DNA of 58,914 nucleotides from a virus (taxonomy: Duplodnaviria > Caudoviricetes), in IMG/VR virus record IMGVR_UViG_3300031565_014856, positions 1 through 58,914 of that record; one strand, 5' to 3'. Below, piece by piece: positions 1 to 10,081 of the stretch. The notes under the pieces were generated by a model. It was not told the DNA's origin and made no database searches. It saw nothing but the letters and a program-made list of their open reading frames with translations. Each line of letters opens with the position of its first letter. Positions within the stretch are counted from its first letter, which is position 1. The translations under genes and the position numbers were made by a program.

Positions 1-348
1 TCATTTCCTTCTTGCGTATTCATTTAAGTCAAAACACCATCCAATTTCTTCTTTACTAGTTGGATATTCACACGTGTCATAACATATTAGTTTTTGATCA
101 TAACATTCTATAATTCCTGGCCATAAACCTAACCACTTATCGTGTTGAACGTTGTCACAACAATCTTCAAATATTGTTTGGTCTCCACAATTTAAACAAT
201 GAGATATATCGCAGCAACTTCCATGGGTTTGGCCCGGTTTTACACCGCAGTCGGGGCAGTTACTAACCTTTTCTTTTTTCCAAAGTTGTTCAACAATTTC
301 GTCAATCTCACTTTGTGATAAACCTTTTTCTTTTGGTGTCAAAAACAT
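1..348 (-). CDS. hypothetical Cys-rich (Zn-binding) protein
   Basis: ORF with CPDC, CLNC and CC motifs, tiled with neighbours. Confidence 0.6.
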   Translation of the reverse strand: MFLTPKEKGLSQSEIDEIVEQLWKKEKVSNCPDCGVKPGQTHGSCCDISHCLNCGDQTIFEDCCDNVQHDKWLGLWPGIIECYDQKLICYDTCEYPTSKEEIGWCFDLNEYARRK

Positions 349-359
349 TGCTTTATTTT

Positions 360-740
360 TTAATCATTGGTCCCTTCAATTAACGATTTAACATAATCAT
401 CAGTGCTTCCTGGATCCGGATTGTATGGGACAAGTTTTTCTTCCATCTTTGATAGAAGTTCGGATTTACATTTATGTGTTTCTATTTCACCATTATCATC
501 TTTGTATTGTATTGTATAAGTTTCAGAGCTCCACTTCTCTTCATCGCTCCATCGAATTTTTATCAAAAAATAACTGGTGACAGCTCCATCAACAGAATCC
601 TCAGATGTTATTTTCATGGTAACATCATCACCAATCTTAAACAGGGCATCCATTTTTTCAGGATCTGTGGAAATTTGAATTCCTCCAACCAATAGGCCGA
701 TGATTACGATCCAAATAAGCAAATTTAAAAAGTCTCTCAT
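360..740 (-). CDS. hypothetical membrane-anchored protein
   Basis: N-terminal hydrophobic helix; overlapping stop/start with neighbour. Confidence 0.6.
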   Translation of the reverse strand: MRDFLNLLIWIVIIGLLVGGIQISTDPEKMDALFKIGDDVTMKITSEDSVDGAVTSYFLIKIRWSDEEKWSSETYTIQYKDDNGEIETHKCKSELLSKMEEKLVPYNPDPGSTDDYVKSLIEGTND

Positions 741-1114
741 TTCCTTTTAATTTTAATAGTATCTACCGGAATAGTTTTCTTATCATCCCAAGGAGACTTA
801 GTCCAAACAAATGTGCTATCGGTAACAGACTTGATACGAATATCTCCTGTAACAGCATCGTCATGTCCTTGGGCATAAGCGGATTTTTTTGCCTTATCAA
901 TGTCATTATCTGAATCCGAAATTAGAACCTTATAATTTACAGTTCCATGGATTCCATCAAATTGTCCTTCTGCATAGGATTGGGCTGTGGCTTGATTGAG
1001 GCCCCTTTGTCCAACAGACATTACCGCAGAAAAGGCCGCAAAAAGAAGTACTAAGATTATTAGTACTGCTAAAGTACCGCCGGTCCACTTGAGAAATTTT
1101 ACTACTTTTTTCAT
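737..1114 (-). CDS. hypothetical membrane-anchored protein
   Basis: N-terminal TM segment; tiled. Confidence 0.6.
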   Translation of the reverse strand: MKKVVKFLKWTGGTLAVLIILVLLFAAFSAVMSVGQRGLNQATAQSYAEGQFDGIHGTVNYKVLISDSDNDIDKAKKSAYAQGHDDAVTGDIRIKSVTDSTFVWTKSPWDDKKTIPVDTIKIKRK

Positions 1115-1116
1115 GA

Positions 1117-2289
1117 TTACTTTATTTTTAAAATGTGTTTACAAATTTCAATTTCTTTTTCATCCCCGAGGTGTTTACCATTGGTATCAGAGAGTTTAAT
1201 GGTTGGAGTCCAGTCGTCGCCCTCGGGCTTCGCCTCTGTCATCTTTATTACCATGTTTAATGGCTTTAATCCAACATCATTGGTGAAGTTTGTGCCAATG
1301 CCGAATGAACACATGATCTTTCCTCTGCAGTACTCTTTGATTTCGACTGCTTTTTCAGGATTTAAACTATCTGAGAAGATAATTACTTTCGATTTGGGAT
1401 TTATTCCCAATTTATTGTAATGTGCGATGGTTTTATCCACAAATTCTACGGGATCTCCACTATCCTGACGAATTCCATCATAAAGTTTGGCAAATTTCGT
1501 TTCAAATGACTTGAAGAAAACATCGGTCGTGAATGTATCTGATAGCGCAATACCAAGGCTCCCCCTATAAACTTCAGACCAGTGTTCCATTGCAAGTGAA
1601 TTGGCCATCTTGTAACCATACTTTGCGGCATGAAACATGAACCACTCATGGGCTTGGGTGCCCAGCGGTTTGATGTTATTTAGAAATGCAAGGTATACAT
1701 TAGATGTTCCTGTGAAGTTTTCATTTCTTCCATTGTTAGCAAACTGCGCAACAACCTCTGCATGGTTATCAAATGATTCTCTTCGGCGAGTTCCTAAGTC
1801 TCCATAATGTATACCATTCATACGGAAGAGTAACATCTTTTGGGCGTTGTTTTTTTCACGAGTCTGAGCATCCCATTTTTTACCGCCTGTCATCTTAAAA
1901 TACAATTCAGAAATGGCAGCCATTAAATTTGTTTCCCATAGGATTGTACGGTGCCAATAACCCTCTATTGAAACGTCAAGGTCAGAACCAGACTGAATGA
2001 TACCAACTTCAGAAGAATCAAATCTGTATCCGTATAAGAAATCAAGATACGTTGGTTCAAGGAAACCATTACACCTCGTATGGAGAAATATTTTTTCATG
2101 TTTAGTCATTGCGAGGGCTTCCATTTCCTTTACTTCTTGACGAAGCGCTTCTCCAAACCCCTCCGGAAACGCAGTTTTTCCCCTATTGATAAACTTATAG
2201 CGTACCTTCGCTCTCGGAAAGAGCTTGATCACTGCTTGTTGCATTGTTAATTTATAGAGGTCGAGATCTAAAATGCTTTTTATAATCAT
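1117..2289 (-). CDS. pncB: nicotinate phosphoribosyltransferase
   Basis: LDLDLYKLTMQQAV N-terminus, DLGTRRR, GTQAHEW (phospho-His), GIRQDSGDP, FGIGT. Confidence 0.93.
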   Translation of the reverse strand: MIIKSILDLDLYKLTMQQAVIKLFPRAKVRYKFINRGKTAFPEGFGEALRQEVKEMEALAMTKHEKIFLHTRCNGFLEPTYLDFLYGYRFDSSEVGIIQSGSDLDVSIEGYWHRTILWETNLMAAISELYFKMTGGKKWDAQTREKNNAQKMLLFRMNGIHYGDLGTRRRESFDNHAEVVAQFANNGRNENFTGTSNVYLAFLNNIKPLGTQAHEWFMFHAAKYGYKMANSLAMEHWSEVYRGSLGIALSDTFTTDVFFKSFETKFAKLYDGIRQDSGDPVEFVDKTIAHYNKLGINPKSKVIIFSDSLNPEKAVEIKEYCRGKIMCSFGIGTNFTNDVGLKPLNMVIKMTEAKPEGDDWTPTIKLSDTNGKHLGDEKEIEICKHILKIK

Positions 2290-2582
2290 GATTCAAATTC
2301 CTCCTTTAGTTTCAGATAAGTTTGGTATCTTCTTTTGCGACTGTCCTCTTTCATGAACGTTTCTCGCTTGGTTCTTTCTTCATGTTCTCCATCCGTCTCA
2401 AGGCGTGTTCTTTCAACGATTAAATAAAAATGAGGATCCCATGCTTCATTTTCGGATTGGTATCCTTCGTCATATCCAGCAGTGATGATGTCATCAGGCT
2501 GAAGTTCGATTTTTATGGAGCTTACTGGAATCGGATGATTTTCCTGTAAATGTAAGGCTTCATATTTTACTTCTTTTTTCAT
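2286..2582 (-). CDS. hypothetical protein
   Basis: tiled ORF with ATGA overlap. Confidence 0.6.
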   Translation of the reverse strand: MKKEVKYEALHLQENHPIPVSSIKIELQPDDIITAGYDEGYQSENEAWDPHFYLIVERTRLETDGEHEERTKRETFMKEDSRKRRYQTYLKLKEEFES

Positions 2583-2836
2583 TGTTGTTTGTTTTTATAA
2601 TGGAATCCCACGGGCCTGAGTGAATCGTTGTCCTGTAGAAGACTTTGTAATGGGTCTTTAAATGGTCCAACTGGTCCGTTGTGGATATCTCTAATGTCAA
2701 TTTCTTTTAGCTCTCCTATATCTGGTGGAGTTTCTCCAATCAGTCTCCAGAGAATGTCCATACCAGTATAATAATCATCATCTGTATGAATCGTTTTAAT
2801 AGCTAATCTTATCAATGCCTTCTCTTTTGCTGTCAT
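2579..2836 (-). CDS. hypothetical protein
   Basis: tiled ORF. Confidence 0.55.
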   Translation of the reverse strand: MTAKEKALIRLAIKTIHTDDDYYTGMDILWRLIGETPPDIGELKEIDIRDIHNGPVGPFKDPLQSLLQDNDSLRPVGFHYKNKQQ

Positions 2837-3066
2837 AATATTGGAGGATTTTTCTGCATTTCTCTGTAAATATAATCACTTATTTTAATTAAAGTCAATT
2901 TTCTTCTTATAAAATACCAAAAATTGTTCCAGTCTCTTGCTAAATTTAAGTCAATCTTTACTGGCGTGAAGCACTTCCACTTCTCCTTTTTTGGTACCTG
3001 AAACCTTACTTTAAATTGAATTTCAAGTACGTATCCATTTATGGTCATCCAATTTCTTGGTTTCAT
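2833..3066 (-). CDS. hypothetical protein
   Basis: tiled ORF. Confidence 0.5.
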   Translation of the reverse strand: MKPRNWMTINGYVLEIQFKVRFQVPKKEKWKCFTPVKIDLNLARDWNNFWYFIRRKLTLIKISDYIYREMQKNPPIL

Positions 3067-3512
3067 TTGAGTAAAGTAAGCGGATTATAAATAATGGATA
3101 ACAATAGTATGGTAAACACTCCATCAAGAAACAATATTAACCATACGTTAAAACTAAATTTTTCTCTCCTTCCAATCATCGGTTTTATTGCATACATTGA
3201 GGCTGTTGATAAACCTATCATTAAAAGTCCTATCCACCACCATGGAGTGAAAAATGTAAGAAGAACAAAAAGCAAATAGATGTATCCAATAAATTGCAAT
3301 ACCGGATTCTTTTGCATTAAGAAACTCCGATTATTTTTTTCGGTGCTTAAACTAAGTTTTAGTTTTTCGCCAGTATGTTTCTTTTTAAAATCTGCGATCT
3401 TTAAAGAAATAAGAACGTTATTCCAAATTATTTTTGGAATAATAACGATTTTTACGGCCTCCCATAATATGAAAGCCAATGCGATGTGTTGTACTACTTG
3501 GTCGAAATTCAT
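3063..3512 (-). CDS. hypothetical membrane protein
   Basis: several hydrophobic helices. Confidence 0.6.
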   Translation of the reverse strand: MNFDQVVQHIALAFILWEAVKIVIIPKIIWNNVLISLKIADFKKKHTGEKLKLSLSTEKNNRSFLMQKNPVLQFIGYIYLLFVLLTFFTPWWWIGLLMIGLSTASMYAIKPMIGRREKFSFNVWLILFLDGVFTILLLSIIYNPLTLLK

Positions 3513-3522
3513 GTTAATGTTG

Positions 3523-4455
3523 TTAAAAAATTAAACTTCCTTCGTCATCCCACTGGCAATATAGCTTTCCGTTCTCACGTAGGATTACATATTTTAATGA
3601 ATCTAAATTATCTTTGCTCATACAGTCATCGTCAACTGCTGTTGACATTCCATCAATTGAATAAACCATGGGTCCAAAGGGAAGTCTGTAAAGTGGTGTG
3701 CCTTCACCATTGTGATGATACCCGGTTTGAAATTCCTCATCTTTTTCTCCAGCGATATATTCGTTAATGCGCCTAAACACAGTTTCGTTACATGCATTTT
3801 CATCCACCCAAATGGATTCTGGGTTATCTTCTCCTCCTCCATATAATTTTCTGAAGGTAATTTGGTCTGCGCCCAATTCTTTGCATCGTATTAGGATGTC
3901 TTCAGGATACATTTTATCATAGACATTTGTCATATTAAGGGATAAACGAAGGTTAAACCCGCTGTCTTTGATGAATCCACAGAGCTCTTCCAGCTCTCGT
4001 CTTAAATTCAAAGGGGTTCCAATTAAATCCCAATTATTTGCAGAATCATTAATATCAGAAACTGATAGCGAAATGGTATTTACGCCTAATGATTTCAACA
4101 GTTCCACATTTGGGTAACGATCATCTGTTCGTATCGTAGAACCTGGAATAGATTTTTCACAATCCATCAACATGACACCCGTTGTTTGAAGTTCAACGTT
4201 TGGAAAGGGGTGTCCCTCTTTGTTCAGGGCATCCCATAATTGGTTCAAAAACCACTTATTTTGAAGGGCCTCTCCGGTGCCTGTGATGATAAGGGTGTTT
4301 ACGTTGTTGTTAGCTGCGTATTTAATTCTTTTGCGATATGAGATCATATCGAATCTGGTTTCATACGGGTTGTTGTGCATCCTCGATACACAGAATGGGC
4401 AGTTGTTTACACATCCTTTTGTGGGAATAACTACTGATATGCTTTGGATTTTCAT
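3523..4455 (-). CDS. radical SAM protein
   Basis: CxxxCxxC motif (CVNNCPFC) and TGTGE motif. Confidence 0.85.
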   Translation of the reverse strand: MKIQSISVVIPTKGCVNNCPFCVSRMHNNPYETRFDMISYRKRIKYAANNNVNTLIITGTGEALQNKWFLNQLWDALNKEGHPFPNVELQTTGVMLMDCEKSIPGSTIRTDDRYPNVELLKSLGVNTISLSVSDINDSANNWDLIGTPLNLRRELEELCGFIKDSGFNLRLSLNMTNVYDKMYPEDILIRCKELGADQITFRKLYGGGEDNPESIWVDENACNETVFRRINEYIAGEKDEEFQTGYHHNGEGTPLYRLPFGPMVYSIDGMSTAVDDDCMSKDNLDSLKYVILRENGKLYCQWDDEGSLIF

Positions 4456-4706
4456 TTTTTGAGTATAAAAACTTTGAATAATAAAAAGAACATAGATGCT
4501 AATAATATCGTTGTGAAAATCATTGCGTAAGCACCCACATAAAACTTCTCAAAAAGGTTGTATTTGTTAACAACATCGAGTGTCTCAAAGAGATTACCGT
4601 CCGCTAATTTAAAAAACATAACGGCGATGTATGTATCTGCGATCATCATAAACACCAAAAAGATGCTTAGAATGATTAAAGCTATTTTAATTAGATTATT
4701 TTTCAT
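4452..4706 (-). CDS. hypothetical membrane protein
   Basis: two TM helices; tiled. Confidence 0.55.
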   Translation of the reverse strand: MKNNLIKIALIILSIFLVFMMIADTYIAVMFFKLADGNLFETLDVVNKYNLFEKFYVGAYAMIFTTILLASMFFLLFKVFILKK

Positions 4707-5092
4707 GCTACCGCAACGTTAAGTTTGTTGTGAATGTCAATTACGGTCTCTTTCTCAATATGGAATCCTTCAGGAATCATCGCCTTGAGCTTCTCCTCGT
4801 CGGAGATAGAAATGATTTGCTTCCAATACTTAGGCATTTTCTTCATCAAAATTGCCATTTGCTTCTCTGACAACCACTTCCGATTGTTATACTGCTTAGC
4901 AAAGGATGAAAGGATCTCTCCGTCAACCCCAGTAAAACCTACACCGTTATATTCGGATGTGGTTTCATACTCTTGTTCGTCTGCGGTTTGGAATTCAAAA
5001 ATCTTGGTGAGTCCGTGGAGTGCCCAACGGGTGTCGTTTGCGAGTTTACCTCTTACGAATTCTTTGATCTGTTGTTTTGTTATTTTTGCCAT
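4703..5092 (-). CDS. hypothetical protein
   Basis: ORF directly downstream of a conserved promoter motif. Confidence 0.65.
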   Translation of the reverse strand: MAKITKQQIKEFVRGKLANDTRWALHGLTKIFEFQTADEQEYETTSEYNGVGFTGVDGEILSSFAKQYNNRKWLSEKQMAILMKKMPKYWKQIISISDEEKLKAMIPEGFHIEKETVIDIHNKLNVAVA

Positions 5093-5120
5093 TGTCTTAA
5101 AGTTTAATTACTTTTATGAT

Positions 5121-5160
5121 AGCTAATATAACAATAATACCCGAAATAAAAAAATTTTGG
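5121..5160 (-). promoter_or_regulatory. recurrent phage promoter (TTTTTnnnTCGG..N..TTATATT(T/A)G); representative copy
   Basis: Near-identical motif also at ~9222, 12094, 17734, 18311, 22010, 24214, 28334, 41544, 44742, 46343, 48127, 50592, 51481, 53405, 54212, 55206 (minus) and 55715 (plus); matches Bacteroidota -7 element TAnnTTTG. Confidence 0.8.
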
Positions 5161-5196
5161 TGAATTTTTATCACCTAAGGACTAAAATTTATCATT

Positions 5197-5676
5197 TTAT
5201 AGCTGTTGAGGACCATTTGGTGTCCCAAACATCAATTGTCCAGTAGCATCATCATAAAAAACCACACCATCGGCTACTTGAGGCGGATCGTCAAGATTTA
5301 GTTTTGGGGTTGGCGCCTTATCCTCTTTCATTAAATTCCTAATGATTTCCTTTTCTTTTTTGGTACGTTCAGAATTCTTCTTTTTGAGAATGTCCTCAAT
5401 TACTGCACCACCAGGACCACATATGTCAAAGTGTTCTATAAAATTTTCTATCATTGATAAAGTTTTTGGTCCGCAAGTTCCAGTTCCTGTCCAAACCATA
5501 CTAGTTCCATCCCAAGTTAATATGTGTCCCTCAAAAGGGTTTGTTTCAATATTTATGCTTAGTGTATCCCCATCTATAACACCACCTAATAGAACTTCAT
5601 TACATGGATTCGCTATAATGCTCCTGTCAGAATAGGCTTCCTGATAATCTACTGAGTATGTAAGTCCATCAGCCAT
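5197..5676 (-). CDS. hypothetical protein
   Basis: tiled ORF. Confidence 0.6.
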   Translation of the reverse strand: MADGLTYSVDYQEAYSDRSIIANPCNEVLLGGVIDGDTLSINIETNPFEGHILTWDGTSMVWTGTGTCGPKTLSMIENFIEHFDICGPGGAVIEDILKKKNSERTKKEKEIIRNLMKEDKAPTPKLNLDDPPQVADGVVFYDDATGQLMFGTPNGPQQL

Positions 5677-6163
5677 GTTGTCTCGTTATTTTAATTTTGG
5701 GTTTCTTCTTCTTTGATTTTGCGATAATTTTCTTAAGAAGTTTTTTATCAGTATTGCTGCGTTCAGAGTGAGGTTTATCAAGTATTCTTGTTAGTTTTGG
5801 AATGTCTCTTATAGGAACATCATATGCTTCAATGAATGCTTCAACGTGTCCTATTATTTCGTCATCCTCTTCGTCATCCTCTTCGACTTCGTTTATTCTT
5901 CTTCTTTGTACTGCTAATAATCTTTCTTGAAGTTCGTTCAATCGTTCTTGATGTGTGCGGGTTTGTTCTTCATCACGTCTATCTCGTTCTCGTCTGTGTC
6001 TGCCCCATATACCTGAATCCCATATACCATCACGATGTGCCTGTTCAGCAAGTTCCGATGCAGCTTCTGCAGCAGCTTCTACCTCTTTTTCATAATCACT
6101 TTGAAGACCTCCCCCAAAGTCTTCATATGATTTATCATACCATCCGTCTGTTATATCAGCCAT
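5669..6163 (-). CDS. hypothetical acidic/basic protein
   Basis: tiled ORF; shares IL(D/K)KxxSER(S/T) segment with 5197..5676. Confidence 0.6.
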   Translation of the reverse strand: MADITDGWYDKSYEDFGGGLQSDYEKEVEAAAEAASELAEQAHRDGIWDSGIWGRHRRERDRRDEEQTRTHQERLNELQERLLAVQRRRINEVEEDDEEDDEIIGHVEAFIEAYDVPIRDIPKLTRILDKPHSERSNTDKKLLKKIIAKSKKKKPKIKITRQHG

Positions 6164-6692
6164 CTTTTAATAATTTATCTAGGTGTTCCCACATTTCTTC
6201 AAATCTTCCATCACGCAAATTCTTTGAGAAAAATTCATGTTCATCACGGTACATGTTTATCATTGAAGATTTTTCGGTAACGGAAAATGTAACGTTAGCA
6301 ATTCTATCACATAGCTTGATGAAAGTACAGTGCTTGTATGCTTTTATACCATCATAATACGTTTTGTTAGCTCTTTCTTTTCGTGTCTTTCCCTTTTCGT
6401 TACAACACACATAAGAATATTCCGCAATTGTTTTGTTGGTTTCGTCTTTTACGTTATTGTAGGTTTCTCTTGCGTCTTCAATGATATCATGACACCAACA
6501 CCCGCCGATTACATCAGATCTATCGATCTCAGGTATTAGGTGAATGAACTCTATCGCTGTATCAACTGTCATCTGTAAGTGATACGCATAGGGATACAAA
6601 GCATTGTAGTGATGATTTACTTCTCTATGCCGTCTTATCGCATAATCTTTTGCTATCTCATCTACTGAGAGGAATTCTCTGTATTCTGGCAT
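6156..6692 (-). CDS. HD-domain protein, RelA/SpoT-hydrolase (small alarmone hydrolase)-like
   Basis: PYAYHL, HDIIED and IKLCDRIAN motifs. Confidence 0.8.
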   Translation of the reverse strand: MPEYREFLSVDEIAKDYAIRRHREVNHHYNALYPYAYHLQMTVDTAIEFIHLIPEIDRSDVIGGCWCHDIIEDARETYNNVKDETNKTIAEYSYVCCNEKGKTRKERANKTYYDGIKAYKHCTFIKLCDRIANVTFSVTEKSSMINMYRDEHEFFSKNLRDGRFEEMWEHLDKLLKDG

Positions 6693-6761
6693 TTTTTCTT
6701 ATTTTTATCTCTATAACCTTGCCATCCAAATTCTCGGATGCGTTCTTGCAATCCGTTCCTC

Positions 6762-6944
6762 TTAGGACGAGTTCTGTTTTTGCTTCTTTTTTCTCGGTGT
6801 TGTTGCTTTTCTGGCATTTATGTATCTTCTTTCGGTTGTTTGTATTTGATCATAATTAACGAATAAATTTCTGTCACCACACATTTCGCATTCTGGAGAT
6901 GCTTTACCCCAGTTTTGTAAGTATGGAATTTGAGGTGTAATCAT
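6762..6944 (-). CDS. hypothetical protein
   Basis: ATG at 6944 overlapping upstream stop; CEMC motif. Confidence 0.4.
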   Translation of the reverse strand: MITPQIPYLQNWGKASPECEMCGDRNLFVNYDQIQTTERRYINARKATTPRKKKQKQNSS

Positions 6945-7159
6945 TCTACACTGGGAACACCAACTCCATCTGTGTTCCCAAGATTCACTATCGCCCATCG
7001 ACTATCATTTACTATTCGGTCCATCACATTTATTCCAGACTCCATGCTTGCAACAGCATGGGCCATTATATATGGAACATAAATGTATCCACCATATTCC
7101 ATGGCCAAGGAATTTTCTTGACCAGTTTCCCAATGCCTTATGAATTCTTCTTTAATCAT
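6941..7159 (-). CDS. hypothetical protein
   Basis: tiled ORF. Confidence 0.5.
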   Translation of the reverse strand: MIKEEFIRHWETGQENSLAMEYGGYIYVPYIMAHAVASMESGINVMDRIVNDSRWAIVNLGNTDGVGVPSVE

Positions 7160-7227
7160 CGCAAAACATTGATTCTATTACTAAGAGATCTAATTGTCTC
7201 GTTTCCCAACGTCTTATAAATTCTTCT

Positions 7228-7875
7228 TTATTCATATAAATGAGAATAGAATTCTTCTACAACCACCCCAGAATCATCAAATTCCAAAAGTACATCATTA
7301 ACATCTTCAGCGATTGCTCGTGTTCCTTCAATGAATATTCTCGTTTCATACCCAAAATACGCGGCATCTTTTGCCGTATCTTTAACGCAGTAATCAAGAG
7401 CGAGCCCAACAATGTCCACAGCTCTAACTCCCTTTTCGATTAGGAATTCATGGAGCCCAGTATTTTCATGACCATCTCCAAACGCTCCATACGGGTGGCA
7501 GTGGCTTTCAATTCCTTTCTTGATGATATAAAATTCTCCGTTTATTAAACTAAAGTCAATATCATCATGTAACTCAGCCCCTTTTGTATTCTGTACACAA
7601 TGTATAGGCCATAGAACTTCAGGCTTCCCGTGTATCTCCATCTCTTCAAACGGCTTCTTCCCCGCGTGCGATGCCGCGAAATAGATATTATCCGGTTTGT
7701 GCCAATCTTTCGTAAAAATAACGAGGTCATATTTTGGTAGTAATTCATTTATCACTGGAACTATCTTATCTCCTTCTTTCACAGCTAACGCTCCGCCCAT
7801 CCCGTTATCGTAATCTTCTTTACTTGCGGGCATAAAATCATACTGTGCGTCAACCACTATCAGTGCTTTCTTCAT
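7228..7875 (-). CDS. pncA: nicotinamidase
   Basis: ALIVVDAQYDF, DWH, WPIHCVQ, GLALDYCV (catalytic Cys). Confidence 0.92.
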   Translation of the reverse strand: MKKALIVVDAQYDFMPASKEDYDNGMGGALAVKEGDKIVPVINELLPKYDLVIFTKDWHKPDNIYFAASHAGKKPFEEMEIHGKPEVLWPIHCVQNTKGAELHDDIDFSLINGEFYIIKKGIESHCHPYGAFGDGHENTGLHEFLIEKGVRAVDIVGLALDYCVKDTAKDAAYFGYETRIFIEGTRAIAEDVNDVLLEFDDSGVVVEEFYSHLYE

Positions 7876-7920
7876 TTTTGAATTTTTAGAGGTTCATACT
7901 ATTATAGTATTCATTTGTTC

Positions 7921-8223
7921 TTAGTTTTCATTATCAAACGTAAATTCTTCATTACAGTGCGGACACAACCACGTTTCTTTCCATGTGTATAATGGTTCCG
8001 GGGCAATGGCGTATTTGCTGATAATGTGAGTGTGGTGACCACTTACGTGTTCTATCTTTGGATAGTATTCAGGCGGTACGGGTAATTCAGTTTCTACGAT
8101 ATCATCGTGGCACAAATCAAACACCTGTTTTCCATTATCGTCTAACCGATAATACGTGCCATCAAATTCGGCTTCATCCCATCCGCATTGTGGGCAATTA
8201 TATTGCTCTAAGTTAAACTCCAT
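7921..8223 (-). CDS. hypothetical Zn-ribbon protein
   Basis: CPQC...CPHC; probable start at ATG 8223. Confidence 0.55.
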   Translation of the reverse strand: MEFNLEQYNCPQCGWDEAEFDGTYYRLDDNGKQVFDLCHDDIVETELPVPPEYYPKIEHVSGHHTHIISKYAIAPEPLYTWKETWLCPHCNEEFTFDNEN

Positions 8224-9037
8224 CAATTGCAGATTTTGGTATGTTAAAGGGGTTATTCCTTTTAAACTCAGTTCGATGGTATCTTTGAAGAACCGGATCA
8301 TCTAAATCGCCAATTCCCGATGCAAGGTGAGACTGTAATCTTAAATCGACGAGTTTGTATCCATCTCTTGAAGATCCCTCCCATGTTGGTAAAATTTGGT
8401 CAAGATCAGTCTTTGAAATTCCAAGACCATCAGTTGCCTGGCATTCAATACATTCTTTTAGGGCTTTTTTCTGGAAATCAAATTCTGATTCATTTTCCAT
8501 GATCCAATCTGCCATTTCATAAACCTCAGTTTTCCAGAGGTTCTGAATCATTCCATAATCCCCAACATCTCCATGCAACGTCCAAAAACCAAGAAGATAT
8601 TCCGTATAATTATCTGTTGATAAAACCATACCTTTATGAATTTGCGCCAAATCATAAAGATAAATCATCCGTAAACGAGCCTTAATGTTTCCCCTGCGAA
8701 TCTTCTCGTTGGGTTCTTCAACGTCCCATCCCTCTGGTCCGGTTACTCCCCATATGCTCGTAAAGGCTGATCCCAATTCATATACATCATCAAATGTATG
8801 GCAAAAAGCTTTTCCAACCAGTTCTCCTCGATCTACTTCATCAATTCCATTTCCAAGAGTGATGCTTCGCCCATGCAATTGGATTCCCAATTCGTCGCAT
8901 ACGGGTTTTGCTAATGCAGCACATAGCGTACTGTCAATCCCACCAGATATTCCCATTACAAGGGATTGAATTTTGTTTTTTTCAATGTAACTTTTTAATT
9001 CTGCCCTGATGTTTTGTGTTGCTTTTTCGTAGTTCAT
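8213..9037 (-). CDS. nadE: NH3-dependent NAD+ synthetase
   Basis: GISGGIDS, NIKARLRM, STDN, GFWTLHGD, KTEVY. Confidence 0.93.
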   Translation of the reverse strand: MNYEKATQNIRAELKSYIEKNKIQSLVMGISGGIDSTLCAALAKPVCDELGIQLHGRSITLGNGIDEVDRGELVGKAFCHTFDDVYELGSAFTSIWGVTGPEGWDVEEPNEKIRRGNIKARLRMIYLYDLAQIHKGMVLSTDNYTEYLLGFWTLHGDVGDYGMIQNLWKTEVYEMADWIMENESEFDFQKKALKECIECQATDGLGISKTDLDQILPTWEGSSRDGYKLVDLRLQSHLASGIGDLDDPVLQRYHRTEFKRNNPFNIPKSAIDGV

Positions 9038-9201
9038 TTATGTTTTCTTTCGTTAATTTCTTTTTCTTCCATTTTGCTGATGTATTGATCCACTGTTTTT
9101 AGTTCGGATTTCATTTCTTCTAACAGCTCTTCATCAACCTCGTTTTTGATGGACTCCTTGAGTCTATCTCTGTACTGATAATAATCTCTTACTGTTTCCA
9201 T
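9034..9201 (-). CDS. small hypothetical protein (not in ORF track)
   Basis: METVRDYYQY... directly after a promoter motif and overlapping the nadE start. Confidence 0.5.
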   Translation of the reverse strand: METVRDYYQYRDRLKESIKNEVDEELLEEMKSELKTVDQYISKMEEKEINERKHK

Positions 9202-9255
9202 GATTTCCTAAAATTGGTTGTTGCTAATATAACAAAAATCCACGACAAATAAAAA

Positions 9256-9585
9256 TCAATCCACTTTTAGTTTATATGGTGGTTGAGATGCAATTTGAAC
9301 GTAAATGTTGTTGTACTCTTCAATCTCTTCTTTCGTGAGCTCCCGTGTTGTTGACTTTGGGAAGCATACATTAAAGAATCCGAATCCAGTTACCCAGTTT
9401 CCGATAACATACTCATCTGTCTCATTACCAACAATACAGAGATCTGCTTTTTCTCTTGAAAGCTCTCCCATTTTATGAAAAGCTTTGGTAGCCATTAGAT
9501 ATCTGTGGCCGCCTTCAATTTCAGTCATTTTGGAGGTTTGTGCTTCAACTATTCTAGCACTTTCTTCAGTTGTAATTTTATCCAT
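9256..9585 (-). CDS. hypothetical protein
   Basis: tiled; probable start at ATG 9585. Confidence 0.55.
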   Translation of the reverse strand: MDKITTEESARIVEAQTSKMTEIEGGHRYLMATKAFHKMGELSREKADLCIVGNETDEYVIGNWVTGFGFFNVCFPKSTTRELTKEEIEEYNNIYVQIASQPPYKLKVD

Positions 9586-10081
9586 TTTGTCTTTGTTTAG
9601 GTACATATAATAGTCCACGATCTTCAACCCATTTCTTTAATTCTTCTGCATTAGGAACTTCTTGAACGTTTACTTTTTTCAACAACGCAGGGTTTATCTT
9701 TACGCGATCATATAAATAAAGATAATAGACGTTCTTAATCCCAGTCATTGAGATGTTCTTGAGACACTCATTACAAGGAGAAAGGGTTGTATACATATCA
9801 CAACCTTCTACCTCAACAGGGTGTCTTGCAGAGAACATGAGAGCATTCATTTCAGCATGAATCTCATTATCATCACTCCATGCTGAGTGTTTTACCCTAT
9901 CAAAATTGTCTTTATCGAACACGTTACAACAATTTGGCATTCCTCCAGGAGTACCATTAACTCCACTTGAGATAATCCTTCCATCCCTTACAATCAACGC
10001 GCCAACATGGTGCGAAACGCACTTACTCTCGTCTGCCAAAAGAAATGCCATTTTAATATATAGCCCGTGTTTTGTTTTCAT
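9578..10081 (-). CDS. dCMP deaminase
   Basis: HAEMNA and PCNEC Zn motifs; VGALIV. Confidence 0.88.
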   Translation of the reverse strand: MKTKHGLYIKMAFLLADESKCVSHHVGALIVRDGRIISSGVNGTPGGMPNCCNVFDKDNFDRVKHSAWSDDNEIHAEMNALMFSARHPVEVEGCDMYTTLSPCNECLKNISMTGIKNVYYLYLYDRVKINPALLKKVNVQEVPNAEELKKWVEDRGLLYVPKQRQNG

